Source: Bacteroidales bacterium (GTDB lineage: Bacteria; Bacteroidota; Bacteroidia; Bacteroidales; UBA10428). From it: a stretch of DNA of 64,000 nucleotides. The notes under the pieces are model-generated. The model was given only the letters and a program-made list of their open reading frames with translations, did no database searches and had not been told where the DNA came from. The translations under genes and the position numbers were made by a program. Where the stretch lies: the NCBI GenBank assembly GCA_035913795.1, contig JAMIIA010000174.1:50325-114324 (forward strand), in the 5' to 3' direction. The first letter of the stretch is position 1. Every line of letters begins with the position of its first letter. Shown one piece after another: positions 47,643 through 57,776 of the stretch.

Positions 47643-48170
47643 TTAAAAATGAATCATGCTGCTTATATCGAATTCCTCACCCACATGCTTGCGACCTTTT
47701 AAAAAGTCGAGTTCAACAATGTAGTTCAGATATACTTCTTCGGGCTTAAAATGCATTAGTAAATCGAGAGCGGCTTTTGACGTTCCGCCGGTGGCAAGCA
47801 AATCATCGTGCAACAAAATTACCTCGCCTGGCTCGATGGCATCCTGATGGATTTCGATCGAATCTTCGCCATATTCAAGCATGTACGATACAGAATATTT
47901 TTCGGCGGGCAATTTGCCCTTTTTTCTGATGGGAACAAAACCAGCGCCTAGTCTTGCAGCCAGCGCGCCACCTATAATAAAACCCCGCGACTCGATACCT
48001 ACTACTTTGGTTATTCCACGCCCCATATACATTTCCGATATTTCTTCGATTAAAAAGTGAAAGATTTCGGGCTGTTTCAGGGCAGTGGTAAGATCTTTAA
48101 ACTGTATTCCTTTTTTTGGATAGTCAGGCACGTTGCGGATAGCGGCCTTCACATGTTCAATGCTAATCAT
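47643..48170 (-). CDS. apt: Adenine phosphoribosyltransferase
   Basis: PDYPKKGIQFKD, GIESRGF, RKKGKLP and DDLLATGGT. Confidence 0.95.
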   Translation of the reverse strand: MISIEHVKAAIRNVPDYPKKGIQFKDLTTALKQPEIFHFLIEEISEMYMGRGITKVVGIESRGFIIGGALAARLGAGFVPIRKKGKLPAEKYSVSYMLEYGEDSIEIHQDAIEPGEVILLHDDLLATGGTSKAALDLLMHFKPEEVYLNYIVELDFLKGRKHVGEEFDISSMIHF

Positions 48171-48305
48171 ATTTATTCGATGATATTCTGAATTTTAGTT
48201 CGAATATCAGCAAGATTTTGCGATTTAGCAAATGGCAGTATTGCGTTTAATAACTTTTTTAATTCATCAAAAATTTGTGGGCTATCTTGCTCAAAATTTC
48301 CTGTT

Positions 48306-49586
48306 ATGGTGCTGAATTATATCTGGATTGGATTTTTTCTGTTGGCCTTTCTGGTAGCCCTTATGCGTGTTGGAGGTTACTACCTTCAGCAGCATGTCGA
48401 CTGGTTCGGATCGATTGTGTTTGATGCTGCCGACCGCGATGTGTTTGGTGCCATTGTCGATTCAAGCTTTGTGATGGCTGAAAGTAGCGTAAAAATTACA
48501 ATCTACCTTATTGGTATTATGGCCTTGTGGCTTGGTATTATGAAGATTGGCGAAAAGGGCGGAGCGGTAAATGTACTGGCACGAATCACTTCGCCCTTCT
48601 TTACCCGCATATTTCCTGAAGTTCCAAAAAATCATCCGGCTATGGGCAGCATGCTCATGAACATAACCGCCAATATGCTGGGTCTTGACAATGCTGCCAC
48701 ACCTCTTGGTTTAAAAGCCATGAACGAGTTGCAACAACTCAATAAACAAACCGATACTGCCTCGAATGCGCAGATTATGTTTTTGGTACTGAATGCATCA
48801 GGCCTTACCATTATCCCTGTGAGCATTATGGGTTTGAGAGCAGCCGCCAATGCGGCGAACCCGGCCGACATCTTTTTGCCTATTTTAATGGCCACCTTTA
48901 TGTCAACCCTTGCCGGACTGATTTTTGTGTCTGTTTTGCAACGTATCAACCTGCTTAATAAGCATGTATTGGCCTACCTCGGTGGTATGGCATTGTTTAT
49001 TGCTTCTTTGTTTTTCCTTCTTGCTCACCTCGACAAAAACCAGATTGAGGTAGTTTCGCGTTTTGCGGGCAGTTTTATTATTTTTTCAATCATTATCTTT
49101 TTCTTTTTATTAGCCATTCGAAAAAAGATTAACCTGTACGAGGTTTTTATTGAAGGTGCCCGAGAGGGATTTGAGGTGGCTGTTAAAATAATTCCTTATC
49201 TGGTGGCTATGCTCTTTGCTATTGGCGTGTTCAGGGCTTCGGGTACACTTGACTGGATTGTAGGTGGGCTCCAATACCTCTTTGCTTCCATGGGCTTTGA
49301 TACACGCTTTGTGCCTGCCTTGCCCACTGCGCTAATGAAACCCCTGAGCGGAAGCGGTGCCCGGGGCATGATGGTAGAAACCATGCAAAACTATGGTGCC
49401 GATTCTTTTGCAGGACGGTTGGCTTCAATCTTCCAGGGCAGTACCGAAACTACCTTTTATATTGTAGCGGTATATTTCGGATCGGTAAACATTCGCAAAA
49501 CCCGCTATACAGTTACTGCCGGGCTTATTGCCGACCTGGCTGGAGTGGTCACAGCCATTTTTGTAGCTTATTTGTTTTTCGGCTGA
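48306..49586 (+). CDS. SpmA/SpmB fused nucleoside-recognition (Gate) membrane protein
   Basis: ANMLGLDNAATPLGLKAM, KPLSGSGARG and GSTETTFY. Confidence 0.85.
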   Translation: MVLNYIWIGFFLLAFLVALMRVGGYYLQQHVDWFGSIVFDAADRDVFGAIVDSSFVMAESSVKITIYLIGIMALWLGIMKIGEKGGAVNVLARITSPFFTRIFPEVPKNHPAMGSMLMNITANMLGLDNAATPLGLKAMNELQQLNKQTDTASNAQIMFLVLNASGLTIIPVSIMGLRAAANAANPADIFLPILMATFMSTLAGLIFVSVLQRINLLNKHVLAYLGGMALFIASLFFLLAHLDKNQIEVVSRFAGSFIIFSIIIFFFLLAIRKKINLYEVFIEGAREGFEVAVKIIPYLVAMLFAIGVFRASGTLDWIVGGLQYLFASMGFDTRFVPALPTALMKPLSGSGARGMMVETMQNYGADSFAGRLASIFQGSTETTFYIVAVYFGSVNIRKTRYTVTAGLIADLAGVVTAIFVAYLFFG

Positions 49587-49642
49587 TTTATGGAATTTAT
49601 TATCTCGCTGCATCTGTATTGTAAATATTAATCGCATACACT

Positions 49643-51247
49643 ATGAAAAACTTATTTTTAATCTTGGTTCTTACTGCTTACAGCTTAAGCACATGGGCCA
49701 ACAACCCTTCTAAAATAAACCAGGTAATTGTTTACCAGCAGGGTGCAAAAATCACTAGCGAAGCAACCGTAAAACTTCTCACTGGCAATAACGAAATTAT
49801 CATCAGTAACCTTCCTGTAGGCTTGGATCCGAATAGTATTCAGGTTAAAGTGGGTGGTTCTGCAATACTTTTGTCGGCCAATGTTCGAACACGTTTGCTC
49901 GAAAACAAAGAATTACCAATTCGCACCAAACAAATCGAAGACTCCATTCAAGCCATCGACAATGAAGTACTTTGGCTTAATAGCGAGAAGGCAGTGTACG
50001 AAGGAGAGGAAAAAATAATTCTTGCGAACCAAAAACTCGGAAACGAACAACAAAAAATGCAGGTAGAAGAATTGGTGAAACTCTCCGAGTTCTTTCGCAC
50101 CCGCCTTCTGGATATACACCAGAAAAATTTTAACATAGACAAAAAAATCGACCAACTCATGCAAATGCGTTTGCTGCTGACGCAAAAATTGAATGAGCTC
50201 CGGAATTCTGAAAAAAAATCAGTAGGTGAGTTGGTCATAAATATTAGCTCGAAAGAAACTGTTAGCCAGAAATTAGTGTTTAATTACCTTATTTACGAAG
50301 CGGGTTGGACACCCCTTTACGATGTACGTGCCGAAGGATCAAACAAACCAATGCAACTGGTTTATAAGGCCAATGTGTACCAATACAGCGGTATCGATTG
50401 GAGCGGAGTACAACTCACCATTTCTACCGGTAACCCCACTGCAAGTAAGGACAGGCCAGTGTTGTTTCCCTGGTTTATTGACTTTGTACATGCCTGGAAT
50501 TATTCCGACGATATGTCTGTTCAAAGAAAGGCAGCGGCAACAGAAAATCTTTATCAGGGTGCCATGGCTGCTGAAGTCATTTCAGAAGACAAAGAAGAAG
50601 CCTCTCCTATTGCTTATCCTGTGCTCGAAACGAATAACCGTATGTCGGCAGAATACCGTATCGACATTGCTCAGGATATTCCATCCGATGGCAACAACCA
50701 CCTGGTGGCCATACAGGCTTACGAGCTGAATTCGAGCTATGTATACCATGCCGTGCCGAAACTCGATCCGGGAGCTTATCTTTTAGCAAAGGTGGCCGAT
50801 TACGGAAAGTTTAACTTATTGCCTGGTCCCTCAAACCTTTTTTTAGAAGGCATGTACATGGGTCAATCGTACCTTAATCCGGTAACTACTGTCGATTCTA
50901 TGTTGCTTTCATTGGGTCAGGACGATAAAATCTCTATCAAACGCACTCAATTGAAGGATTTCACCTCGCAACAGCAAATAGGCGGTACGATTAAAGAGTC
51001 GAGAGGCTTTGAGATTTCGGTACGCAACAACAATACTTTTGCCATCGACATTGAGGTTCTGGATCAGCTTCCCATCTCTAAATCGAAAGAAATTGAAGTA
51101 AAAGCAGAAGATATTGGTGGAGCAACCTACGATGCAAACTATGGATCGTTGCTTTGGAAATTGAACCTCAAACCAGGTGAAACAAAGACTCTTAGGTTTG
51201 CTTACTCGGTAAAATATCCGAAAGATAAAAACATCGATATTTTATAG
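49643..51247 (+). CDS. DUF4140/DUF4139 (MuiA-like) protein
   Basis: VIVYQQGAKI, AGWTPLYDVR, DWSGVQLTISTGNP, AVPKLD and GSLLWKL. Confidence 0.85.
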   Translation: MKNLFLILVLTAYSLSTWANNPSKINQVIVYQQGAKITSEATVKLLTGNNEIIISNLPVGLDPNSIQVKVGGSAILLSANVRTRLLENKELPIRTKQIEDSIQAIDNEVLWLNSEKAVYEGEEKIILANQKLGNEQQKMQVEELVKLSEFFRTRLLDIHQKNFNIDKKIDQLMQMRLLLTQKLNELRNSEKKSVGELVINISSKETVSQKLVFNYLIYEAGWTPLYDVRAEGSNKPMQLVYKANVYQYSGIDWSGVQLTISTGNPTASKDRPVLFPWFIDFVHAWNYSDDMSVQRKAAATENLYQGAMAAEVISEDKEEASPIAYPVLETNNRMSAEYRIDIAQDIPSDGNNHLVAIQAYELNSSYVYHAVPKLDPGAYLLAKVADYGKFNLLPGPSNLFLEGMYMGQSYLNPVTTVDSMLLSLGQDDKISIKRTQLKDFTSQQQIGGTIKESRGFEISVRNNNTFAIDIEVLDQLPISKSKEIEVKAEDIGGATYDANYGSLLWKLNLKPGETKTLRFAYSVKYPKDKNIDIL

Positions 51248-51265
51248 TTAAGGATGAAATAAAAC

Positions 51266-51299
51266 AAAAAAAGCATGGCAATATCGCCATGCTTTTTTT
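51266..51299. terminator. Bidirectional intrinsic terminator
   Basis: AAAAAAAGCATGGC aatatc GCCATGCTTTTTTT. Confidence 0.8.
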
Positions 51300-51316
51300 A
51301 TGATGGTTTTATTGTA

Positions 51317-51922
51317 TTAGCTGTTAGGTCCGATATGAAAATACAATCCGAAATTAATTACCTGATTGTACCAGGCACCTTCGCCGTAGGACGAACCCGA
51401 ATAGGTGGATCGCACAGGAAACAAGGAATAATTCCATCGCAGGTTTAAATCGAAACGTTGAAAAAAGCGGTAATTGATACCAAATAGAATGGCCGTTTCA
51501 AATGAGTTCGGTCCTTCCTCCTCATCCCATTCAAACCAAGCGCCGTCGAAGTATTGGGCCTTATATAAATAGTTAAACGATAATCCGCCTTCAAGTTTAA
51601 GGTTTTTAGCTGCCTCATAGGTGCCCATTATAGGAACGTCGATATAGTTGAGCTTTATTTTCGACGGATAGTCTGGATGCTTGCTTCCTGGGGCAGAGCC
51701 TTTTGGGGAGTATTTTATTTCGAGCTGTGCTCCAAATTTGTCCCGAAGATCAGTTTTTACAAAGGCTCCGGCCAGAAGCCCACCTTTATAAAATCCGACC
51801 CAGGTATCGCCATCGATTTGTGAAGCATTCATACCAACCAGAACACCTCCCTGAAAGCGCTGCGCTGAGGCCATTATCGTTAAGAACAATAATAAAGGGA
51901 GAAGGAGTTGTTGGAGTTTCAT
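51317..51922 (-). CDS. Outer-membrane beta-barrel (porin-like) protein
   Basis: Signal peptide; GMNASQIDGD, LNYIDVP and DLNLRW. Confidence 0.75.
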   Translation of the reverse strand: MKLQQLLLPLLLFLTIMASAQRFQGGVLVGMNASQIDGDTWVGFYKGGLLAGAFVKTDLRDKFGAQLEIKYSPKGSAPGSKHPDYPSKIKLNYIDVPIMGTYEAAKNLKLEGGLSFNYLYKAQYFDGAWFEWDEEEGPNSFETAILFGINYRFFQRFDLNLRWNYSLFPVRSTYSGSSYGEGAWYNQVINFGLYFHIGPNS

Positions 51923-52018
51923 GGAAAGTATTTTTTTTGGGTTGTTGGTACAAAGCTAAGATTTTGCTGCATTTCTGAGTTCCATTTCAAAATATCGACT
52001 CATATACTTTAGAGTTGT

Positions 52019-52720
52019 TTATTCCGAGTGTTTCATGTAGGGCTGTAATTTTTCTGTCAGAGCTTTCACACCTTTTCCGGCCGATTCTTTAATGTATTCT
52101 ATCTTTCGGCCAAAGGGGGCATTCACCTCGTTGGGGTCGATCACAAAAACCGGTGCATGTGTTGGGGCGTATTGAACAAGGGAGGCCGCAGGATACACCA
52201 CCAGCGAGGAGCCTATTACCACAAAAATATCGGCTTGCGAGGCAATATGGCTGGCTTCTGCCATGGCAGGCACAGCCTCTCCAAACCAAACAATGTCTGG
52301 GCGAAGCTGAAATCCTTTTTCGCAAGTATCGCCTTTGTGTATGGCTTTGTAGCCAATGTCGTACACCAGGTTTTCATCGCCCGTGCTGCGCACTTTGGTT
52401 AAAATACCATGCAAGTGCAACACTTTTGTGCTTCCTGCCTGCTCGTGCAGGTTGTCGACATTTTGGGTAATAATGTGTACATCGAAATATTTTTCTAAGG
52501 CTACCAGTCCGGTATGACCCGCATTTGGGCGGGCATCTTTCAGTTGAGCACGACGCTCGTTGTAAAATTTCAATACGAGCTCCATGTCGCGATTCCAACC
52601 CTGAGGGCTTGCCACCTCCATTACATCGTAATTTTCCCACAAACCTCCCATATCGCGAAAGGTTTTAAGGCCGCTCTCAGCGCTTATTCCCGCACCACTT
52701 AGAATAACCAGCTTTTTCAT
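52019..52720 (-). CDS. cobB: Sir2-family NAD-dependent deacylase
   Basis: GAGISAESGLKTFR, TQNVDNLHE, HLHG, RPDIVWFGE and GSSLVVYPAA. Confidence 0.95.
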   Translation of the reverse strand: MKKLVILSGAGISAESGLKTFRDMGGLWENYDVMEVASPQGWNRDMELVLKFYNERRAQLKDARPNAGHTGLVALEKYFDVHIITQNVDNLHEQAGSTKVLHLHGILTKVRSTGDENLVYDIGYKAIHKGDTCEKGFQLRPDIVWFGEAVPAMAEASHIASQADIFVVIGSSLVVYPAASLVQYAPTHAPVFVIDPNEVNAPFGRKIEYIKESAGKGVKALTEKLQPYMKHSE

Positions 52721-52873
52721 TCTATACCATTTCAGGTAAAAATAAGTCAAATCTTTGCAATTGCGATAGGTTCTGGCATGGCTTGAGAAAATATTGGCCA
52801 GAGTTTCCGGTGTTACTTTAGTAGTGATAAGTTAAGGTATCTTTTCGTATTTTTAGGCCCTCAAATCATTTTA

Positions 52874-54805
52874 ATGATAAATCGCGAAACCGTTGATCGA
52901 ATTTTTGCTACTGCCGATATTGTGGAGGTTATCAGCGATTTTGTGAAACTTAAAAAGTCGGGCACCAACTACAAAGGCCTAAGTCCCTTTTCGAGCGAAA
53001 AAACACCTTCGTTTTTTGTTAGCCCATCAAAAGGAATCTTTAAATGTTTTAGTTCCGGATTGGGCGGTAATTCCGTTAAGTTTTTAATGGAGCACGAAAA
53101 GCTTTCGTACCCCGAAGCACTCAAATATCTGGCGAAAAAATACAACATCGAGATAGTTGAAAAAGAACTTACCCCGGAAGATGTAAAAGAGCGTAACGAG
53201 CGCGAGAGCCTCTTAGCTGCGACAGATTTTGCCCGTAATCAGTTTATCGAATGGCTTTGGAAGCGTGACGAGGGGAAAGCCATTGGGCTGGCCTATTTTA
53301 AAGAACGTGGCTTTAGAGAAAGTACCATCGAAAAGTTTCAACTGGGCTATTCTCTCGAAGCCCGCGATGCCTTTACCAATCTTGCTTTGGAAAAAGGATA
53401 CAAGCTTGAATACCTGCTGAAAACGGGTCTTTCCATCGAAAAAAACAATTACCGTTTCGACCGGTTTTCGGGTCGTGTGCTGTTTCCTATCCACAGTCTC
53501 TCGGGGCAGGTGGTAGGTTTTGGTGGACGTGTGCTGAAGAAAGACGAAAAAACGGCCAAATACCTCAATTCGCCCGAATCGGAAATATACCACAAAAGCC
53601 ACCTGCTCTATGGCTTGTATTATGCCCGCCAGGCAATTATTAAACACGATAGCTGCTTTCTGGTGGAGGGCTACACCGATGTCATTAGCCTGCACCAGGC
53701 GGGTATCGAAAATGTGGTGGCCTCGTCGGGCACAGCTCTCAGTGCTGAGCAAATAAGGTTAATCAAGAGGTTTACAAAGAACATCACTGTGCTTTACGAT
53801 GGCGATGAGGCTGGTATCAAAGCCTCCTTACGAGGTATCGACCTGATTCTCGAAGAAGGTATGAACGTTAAAGTGCTGCTCTTACCCGAAGGTGAAGACC
53901 CCGATTCTTTTGCCCGCTCACATAGTCAAACTGAGTTTTTTGAGTTTATAGAAAAGAACGAGAGCGATTTTATTCGCTTCAAAACCAGGTTGCTGATAAA
54001 AGATGCCGAAAACGACCCTATAAAACGCGCACGGCTTATCAGCGAAATTGTGAAGACCATTGCCGTTATCCCCGATAGTATTGTGCGCAGTGTATACTTG
54101 CGCGAGTGCAGCAAGCTCATGGATATCGAAGAGAAAATTCTTTACGACGAAACCTACAAAATTCGCCGCACCAAATACCAGGAACAGGAGAGACGTTACA
54201 AGCCCTTACAAACCCAAAATGTACCCTTACCTCAATCCGGCGAGCTTGTGCTCAACCTGGGCCGTGAGTTTATGCATGAGCACGAAATTATGCGGGTGTT
54301 GCTAAATTTCGGAAACAGCCAACTGCTTATGGGGGAAGAATCCATTAGTGTGGCGCAATACGTGGTGAATGAACTTCGTGAAGATAGCCTCGAATTCCTC
54401 CACCCGATATATCGGCGAATATTCGAAATTATCACCGACTGGGTCGACCGGAAAATGCACATCGACAACAATTACCTTGTGATGAACGAAGACATCGAAA
54501 TTACTTCGGCTGCCAGTGAACTGATGACGAAAAGCTACGATGATCAAATTAGTGTATTGTGGAGTAAACGCGATGTGAAGCTTGAAACAGAAGAAATGAA
54601 GCTTAAAAGTATTGTGCCGGAATTGGTTACTTCGTTTAAAAACAAGAAACTCCATGTCTTGCTTTCTGAAACGCAGGACGAAATTCAAAGTGCCCAGGAC
54701 AGGCACGACCGTGAGTCTATTGAATTATTGATGCAGAAATTTACTTTGCTCAATGAGCTTAAGAAAAGTATTAGCAAAGAGCTGGGCGATAGGATTATAT
54801 TATAG
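52874..54805 (+). CDS. dnaG: DNA primase
   Basis: Bacteroidota LSPF..EKTPSF N-terminus; KYLNSPE, VEGYTDV, ASSGTAL and YDGDEAG. Confidence 0.95.
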   Translation: MINRETVDRIFATADIVEVISDFVKLKKSGTNYKGLSPFSSEKTPSFFVSPSKGIFKCFSSGLGGNSVKFLMEHEKLSYPEALKYLAKKYNIEIVEKELTPEDVKERNERESLLAATDFARNQFIEWLWKRDEGKAIGLAYFKERGFRESTIEKFQLGYSLEARDAFTNLALEKGYKLEYLLKTGLSIEKNNYRFDRFSGRVLFPIHSLSGQVVGFGGRVLKKDEKTAKYLNSPESEIYHKSHLLYGLYYARQAIIKHDSCFLVEGYTDVISLHQAGIENVVASSGTALSAEQIRLIKRFTKNITVLYDGDEAGIKASLRGIDLILEEGMNVKVLLLPEGEDPDSFARSHSQTEFFEFIEKNESDFIRFKTRLLIKDAENDPIKRARLISEIVKTIAVIPDSIVRSVYLRECSKLMDIEEKILYDETYKIRRTKYQEQERRYKPLQTQNVPLPQSGELVLNLGREFMHEHEIMRVLLNFGNSQLLMGEESISVAQYVVNELREDSLEFLHPIYRRIFEIITDWVDRKMHIDNNYLVMNEDIEITSAASELMTKSYDDQISVLWSKRDVKLETEEMKLKSIVPELVTSFKNKKLHVLLSETQDEIQSAQDRHDRESIELLMQKFTLLNELKKSISKELGDRIIL

Positions 54806-54825
54806 GCAGCTTAAAACGACTCCAA

Positions 54826-55752
54826 TTAAAGCAAGCCTTTTCGCGAGATGCCAATGTTTTTTTCTTCGAGGTGTTCTCCTTCCGGCTCAATGTGAATGGC
54901 CACATCAAACACATCGGGTATTTCTTTTTTAATCAGGCTTTCTGCACAATGCGAAATGCGGTGTGCTTCGGCCAAGGTCATATGCCCGTCCATTTCGATA
55001 TCGATATTGATATTTTTTTTCGGTCCTATTTTCCGGATTCGCAAACGGTGCGGGTTTTTAACCCCTTCGATGGAATCGATTAGCTGAAAGACTTTTTCGT
55101 AAATTTCCTTGTCAACATTGCCATCCATCAATTCTACATTGGTTTGTAAAAATATGCGAATGGCTACCCACAGTATCCAGAGGCTTACCAGCAATGCTGC
55201 AATAGGGTCGAGTATGGGCAATTGAAACACGTGGGTGAAAATTAATCCGGCCAATACCGAAAAGGAAATGAGCACATCACTCTGCATGTTTTTGGCGGTG
55301 GCCAGCAACATGCCACTATTCACTTTTTTACCCATGTAACGCTGATAGTGGGCCAGGCTAAATTTTCCGACTATGGAAAAGCCAAGCACATAAAGGGCAA
55401 ATATTTCGGGAAGTGCATCGCTGGTGCCAGAGAACAGTTTTTTTACCGAAGCGATGGCCAGCTGCATGCCGGCAACGAAAATAATAAAGGCCAGTAAATT
55501 GGTGGCATTGGTTTCGGCTTTGGCAAAACCATACGGAAATTTTAAGCTGGGAGGTTTAGAGAGGAGCGAAGCAATGTAAAGAATAAGCGCTGCCGATATT
55601 ACATCGCCCGAGGAATCTATTCCATCGGCGAGCACTGACATGCTGCCGGACCAAAAACCCGTGGTAATTTTTGCCAAGGCAAGAAGACTGTTTCCTCCAA
55701 TGCCTATCCACGAAGCAGTTCGTATGGCTTTTATTCTTCTTTCTTCGTTCAT
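54826..55752 (-). CDS. Cation diffusion facilitator transporter
   Basis: SVLADGIDSSGD, PYGFAKAE, QSDV, LDPIAA and AEAHRISH..HIEP. Confidence 0.9.
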   Translation of the reverse strand: MNEERRIKAIRTASWIGIGGNSLLALAKITTGFWSGSMSVLADGIDSSGDVISAALILYIASLLSKPPSLKFPYGFAKAETNATNLLAFIIFVAGMQLAIASVKKLFSGTSDALPEIFALYVLGFSIVGKFSLAHYQRYMGKKVNSGMLLATAKNMQSDVLISFSVLAGLIFTHVFQLPILDPIAALLVSLWILWVAIRIFLQTNVELMDGNVDKEIYEKVFQLIDSIEGVKNPHRLRIRKIGPKKNINIDIEMDGHMTLAEAHRISHCAESLIKKEIPDVFDVAIHIEPEGEHLEEKNIGISRKGLL

Positions 55753-55836
55753 GCTAAAAAATTAGGGTCGGATGGTATTCAAAAACTTTTCGAAAATACA
55801 AACTAAATATGGGAATCAATCAAAAGGAGAAATGGT

Positions 55837-55844
55837 TATATTTG
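55837..55844 (+). promoter_or_regulatory. -7 promoter box for tRNA-Val
   Basis: TATATTTG 11 bp upstream of the tRNA. Confidence 0.6.
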
Positions 55845-55855
55845 CAAAACTTTAA

Positions 55856-55930
55856 GGGCATTTAGCTCAGTTGGTTTAGAGCACTACCTTGACAGGGTAG
55901 GGGTCACTGGTTCGAATCCAGTAATGCCCA
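55856..55930 (+). tRNA. tRNA-Val(GAC)
   Basis: GGGCATT/AATGCCC acceptor stem; CTACC-TTGACAG-GGTAG anticodon arm; GGTTCGAATCC T-loop; CCA not encoded. Confidence 0.95.
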
Positions 55931-55961
55931 CAAGCATTACCATCTTAAATTATTTCGATAA

Positions 55962-55993
55962 AAAATCCCGGCAAAAAAAATTGCCGGGATTTT
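55962..55993. terminator. Bidirectional intrinsic terminator
   Basis: AAAATCCCGGCAA aaaaaa TTGCCGGGATTTT. Confidence 0.85.
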
Positions 55994-56012
55994 ACTTTTT
56001 GTTGCTCAGGGT

Positions 56013-56852
56013 TTAGGGCAGCAATGCTTTAAATGCCTGATATTCACTGTCGAATGTTTGTCCGGTTGGACTTCCGAGGCTCTGCCAAACTTTATCAATT
56101 TCAGCTACTCTATTGGAGCCCGAAGGGTGAGTGCTTAAAAACTCCCACGATTGTTTTTCTTTGTCTTCCTCCTCGAGTTTTTCGAAAAAGCCTGCTACTC
56201 CGCGTGGGTCATATTTTGCATCGTATTCACTACTTAGCGGGGTGGTGCCGGCGAGATATCGCACCGAAAAGGCATCGGCCTGGTATTCGTCTTCGCGGCT
56301 AAACTCGAGAGCTGCAAGGCCACCACCTATGTCGGTAAGTATTTGCTCGAGCTGCGATTTATCGGTGCCAAAGAGAATAGAGGCAGCAAAGTTTACCCCA
56401 TAAGCTTTTTGCATTTGCTGGGCAGCGTGTCTTAAATCGGCATGAGCCATTTCATGTCCCATTACGCCAGCTACATTCGAAGCATTGTCGAGGTATTTTA
56501 GCAGTCCGGTGTAAAAATACAAGTATCCGCCAGGAGCTGCAAAAGCATTGAGCTCGTTTTTGTTAATGATGGTAAGTTTCCAATTGAAATTATCTTTGTA
56601 TTTAAGGGGTTCGTCGGTATTATCCAGAATGTCATCAATAATCGTTTGCAAATAAGCATAGGCAGCCGCATTCTGCGCAGGGTTCAACACTGGATACTCG
56701 CTCGGATTAGCCCGAATGGTACTGTCGAGTTGTTCGCCAAGGGCTACTTCCTGAGAGATTGGCATTATGATAAAACCTCTGTCTTTGTCGCAATTGCTTA
56801 GCGATAGAGTTAAGCAAATTAGTAAAGCGGAATAGAGCAATAATTTTTTCAT
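56013..56852 (-). CDS. M48-family zinc metalloprotease lipoprotein
   Basis: Lipobox LSNC; NAFAAPGG, HEMAH, EYQAD and FLSTHP. Confidence 0.9.
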   Translation of the reverse strand: MKKLLLYSALLICLTLSLSNCDKDRGFIIMPISQEVALGEQLDSTIRANPSEYPVLNPAQNAAAYAYLQTIIDDILDNTDEPLKYKDNFNWKLTIINKNELNAFAAPGGYLYFYTGLLKYLDNASNVAGVMGHEMAHADLRHAAQQMQKAYGVNFAASILFGTDKSQLEQILTDIGGGLAALEFSREDEYQADAFSVRYLAGTTPLSSEYDAKYDPRGVAGFFEKLEEEDKEKQSWEFLSTHPSGSNRVAEIDKVWQSLGSPTGQTFDSEYQAFKALLP

Positions 56853-56942
56853 CTTTTTAAGCAATAAATTTCTTGTAGTAACGAAAATAAGCTAAAATTG
56901 TTACTGATAGCTTGTTTTAGATTTATTTTTCATTCGGGCTGT

Positions 56943-56972
56943 TTGCCGATAATAAACCTAACTTGGCCGATA
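56943..56972 (+). promoter_or_regulatory. LytTR-type direct repeats
   Basis: TTGCCGATA-N12-TGGCCGATA (21-bp period) upstream of the LiaF/LytS/LytTR operon. Confidence 0.6.
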
Positions 56973-57032
56973 TTGTGTTTTACACCAAAGTCTTGATGTT
57001 TACTTTTGGCTTGTCATTTAAACTATAAAGTA

Positions 57033-57749
57033 ATGGAAAGAGGGAATACAAAAAAAAGACTGATTGTTGGTTTAATTGTATTGGTAGTGGGTGCATTGCT
57101 ATTGATGCGCAATGTTGGAATATTTGATTCTTTTATTAGCGAATACATTTTCAGGTGGGAGATGATACTGATAGCCCTGGGTCTTATCAATGTGTTTTCG
57201 CACGAGGGCAATGGCCCGGGTTATTTGCTCCTGCTTATTGGTGGTGGCCTATACCTGCGCAATTACATTGAACTGCCTTATGGCTTTAATTTCTGGCAGA
57301 TATTTGTAGCCTTTGCCTTTATACTGGCAGGTATTTTTATTCTTTTCAAGCGTAAAAATCCGGCGTATTGCAATGGCCCTCGTCGTGAGAATAAAGAAGG
57401 CATCGATACCATTGATGAAGTGGCTATTTTCGGAGGCGGCGACCGCACTATTGTGAGCGATACTTTTAATGGCGGTAAAATGCTTGCCATTTTTGGAGGT
57501 TCGAATTTCAACCTTACGCGGTCGAAGTTGGCACCGGGGAAAAACTATTTCGATGTATTGGTTTTGTTTGGGGGTTTTAAGTTAATAGTACCTGAGAATT
57601 GGAATGTGAAAGTAACAGCCATTTCGATATTTGGAGGGTTTAGCGACAAACACCGTGTGCCTGCGCCCGAAAAACCAGCAGCGGACGATCCAGAACTGAT
57701 CATAAAAGGATTTGTAATATTCGGAGGGGGCGAGATAAAAAGCTATTAA
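57033..57749 (+). CDS. LiaF-like membrane protein (DUF5668/DUF2154-type)
   Basis: Four N-terminal TM segments; AIFGGG, AIFGGS, LFGG, SIFGG and VIFGGGEI repeats. Confidence 0.8.
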   Translation: MERGNTKKRLIVGLIVLVVGALLLMRNVGIFDSFISEYIFRWEMILIALGLINVFSHEGNGPGYLLLLIGGGLYLRNYIELPYGFNFWQIFVAFAFILAGIFILFKRKNPAYCNGPRRENKEGIDTIDEVAIFGGGDRTIVSDTFNGGKMLAIFGGSNFNLTRSKLAPGKNYFDVLVLFGGFKLIVPENWNVKVTAISIFGGFSDKHRVPAPEKPAADDPELIIKGFVIFGGGEIKSY

Positions 57750-57776
57750 GCCTTTGCTCTTATCGAGAAAGAAGCC

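Noticed and set aside
48306-49586. Sporulation (SpmAB, CotH) or competence (ComF) in this organism
   Set aside because: These families are widespread in non-sporulating Bacteroidota; the names do not imply those processes.
55856-56010. tRNA-Val as an island integration site
   Set aside because: I saw no duplicated tRNA 3' end and no integrase; a terminator and ordinary genes follow.
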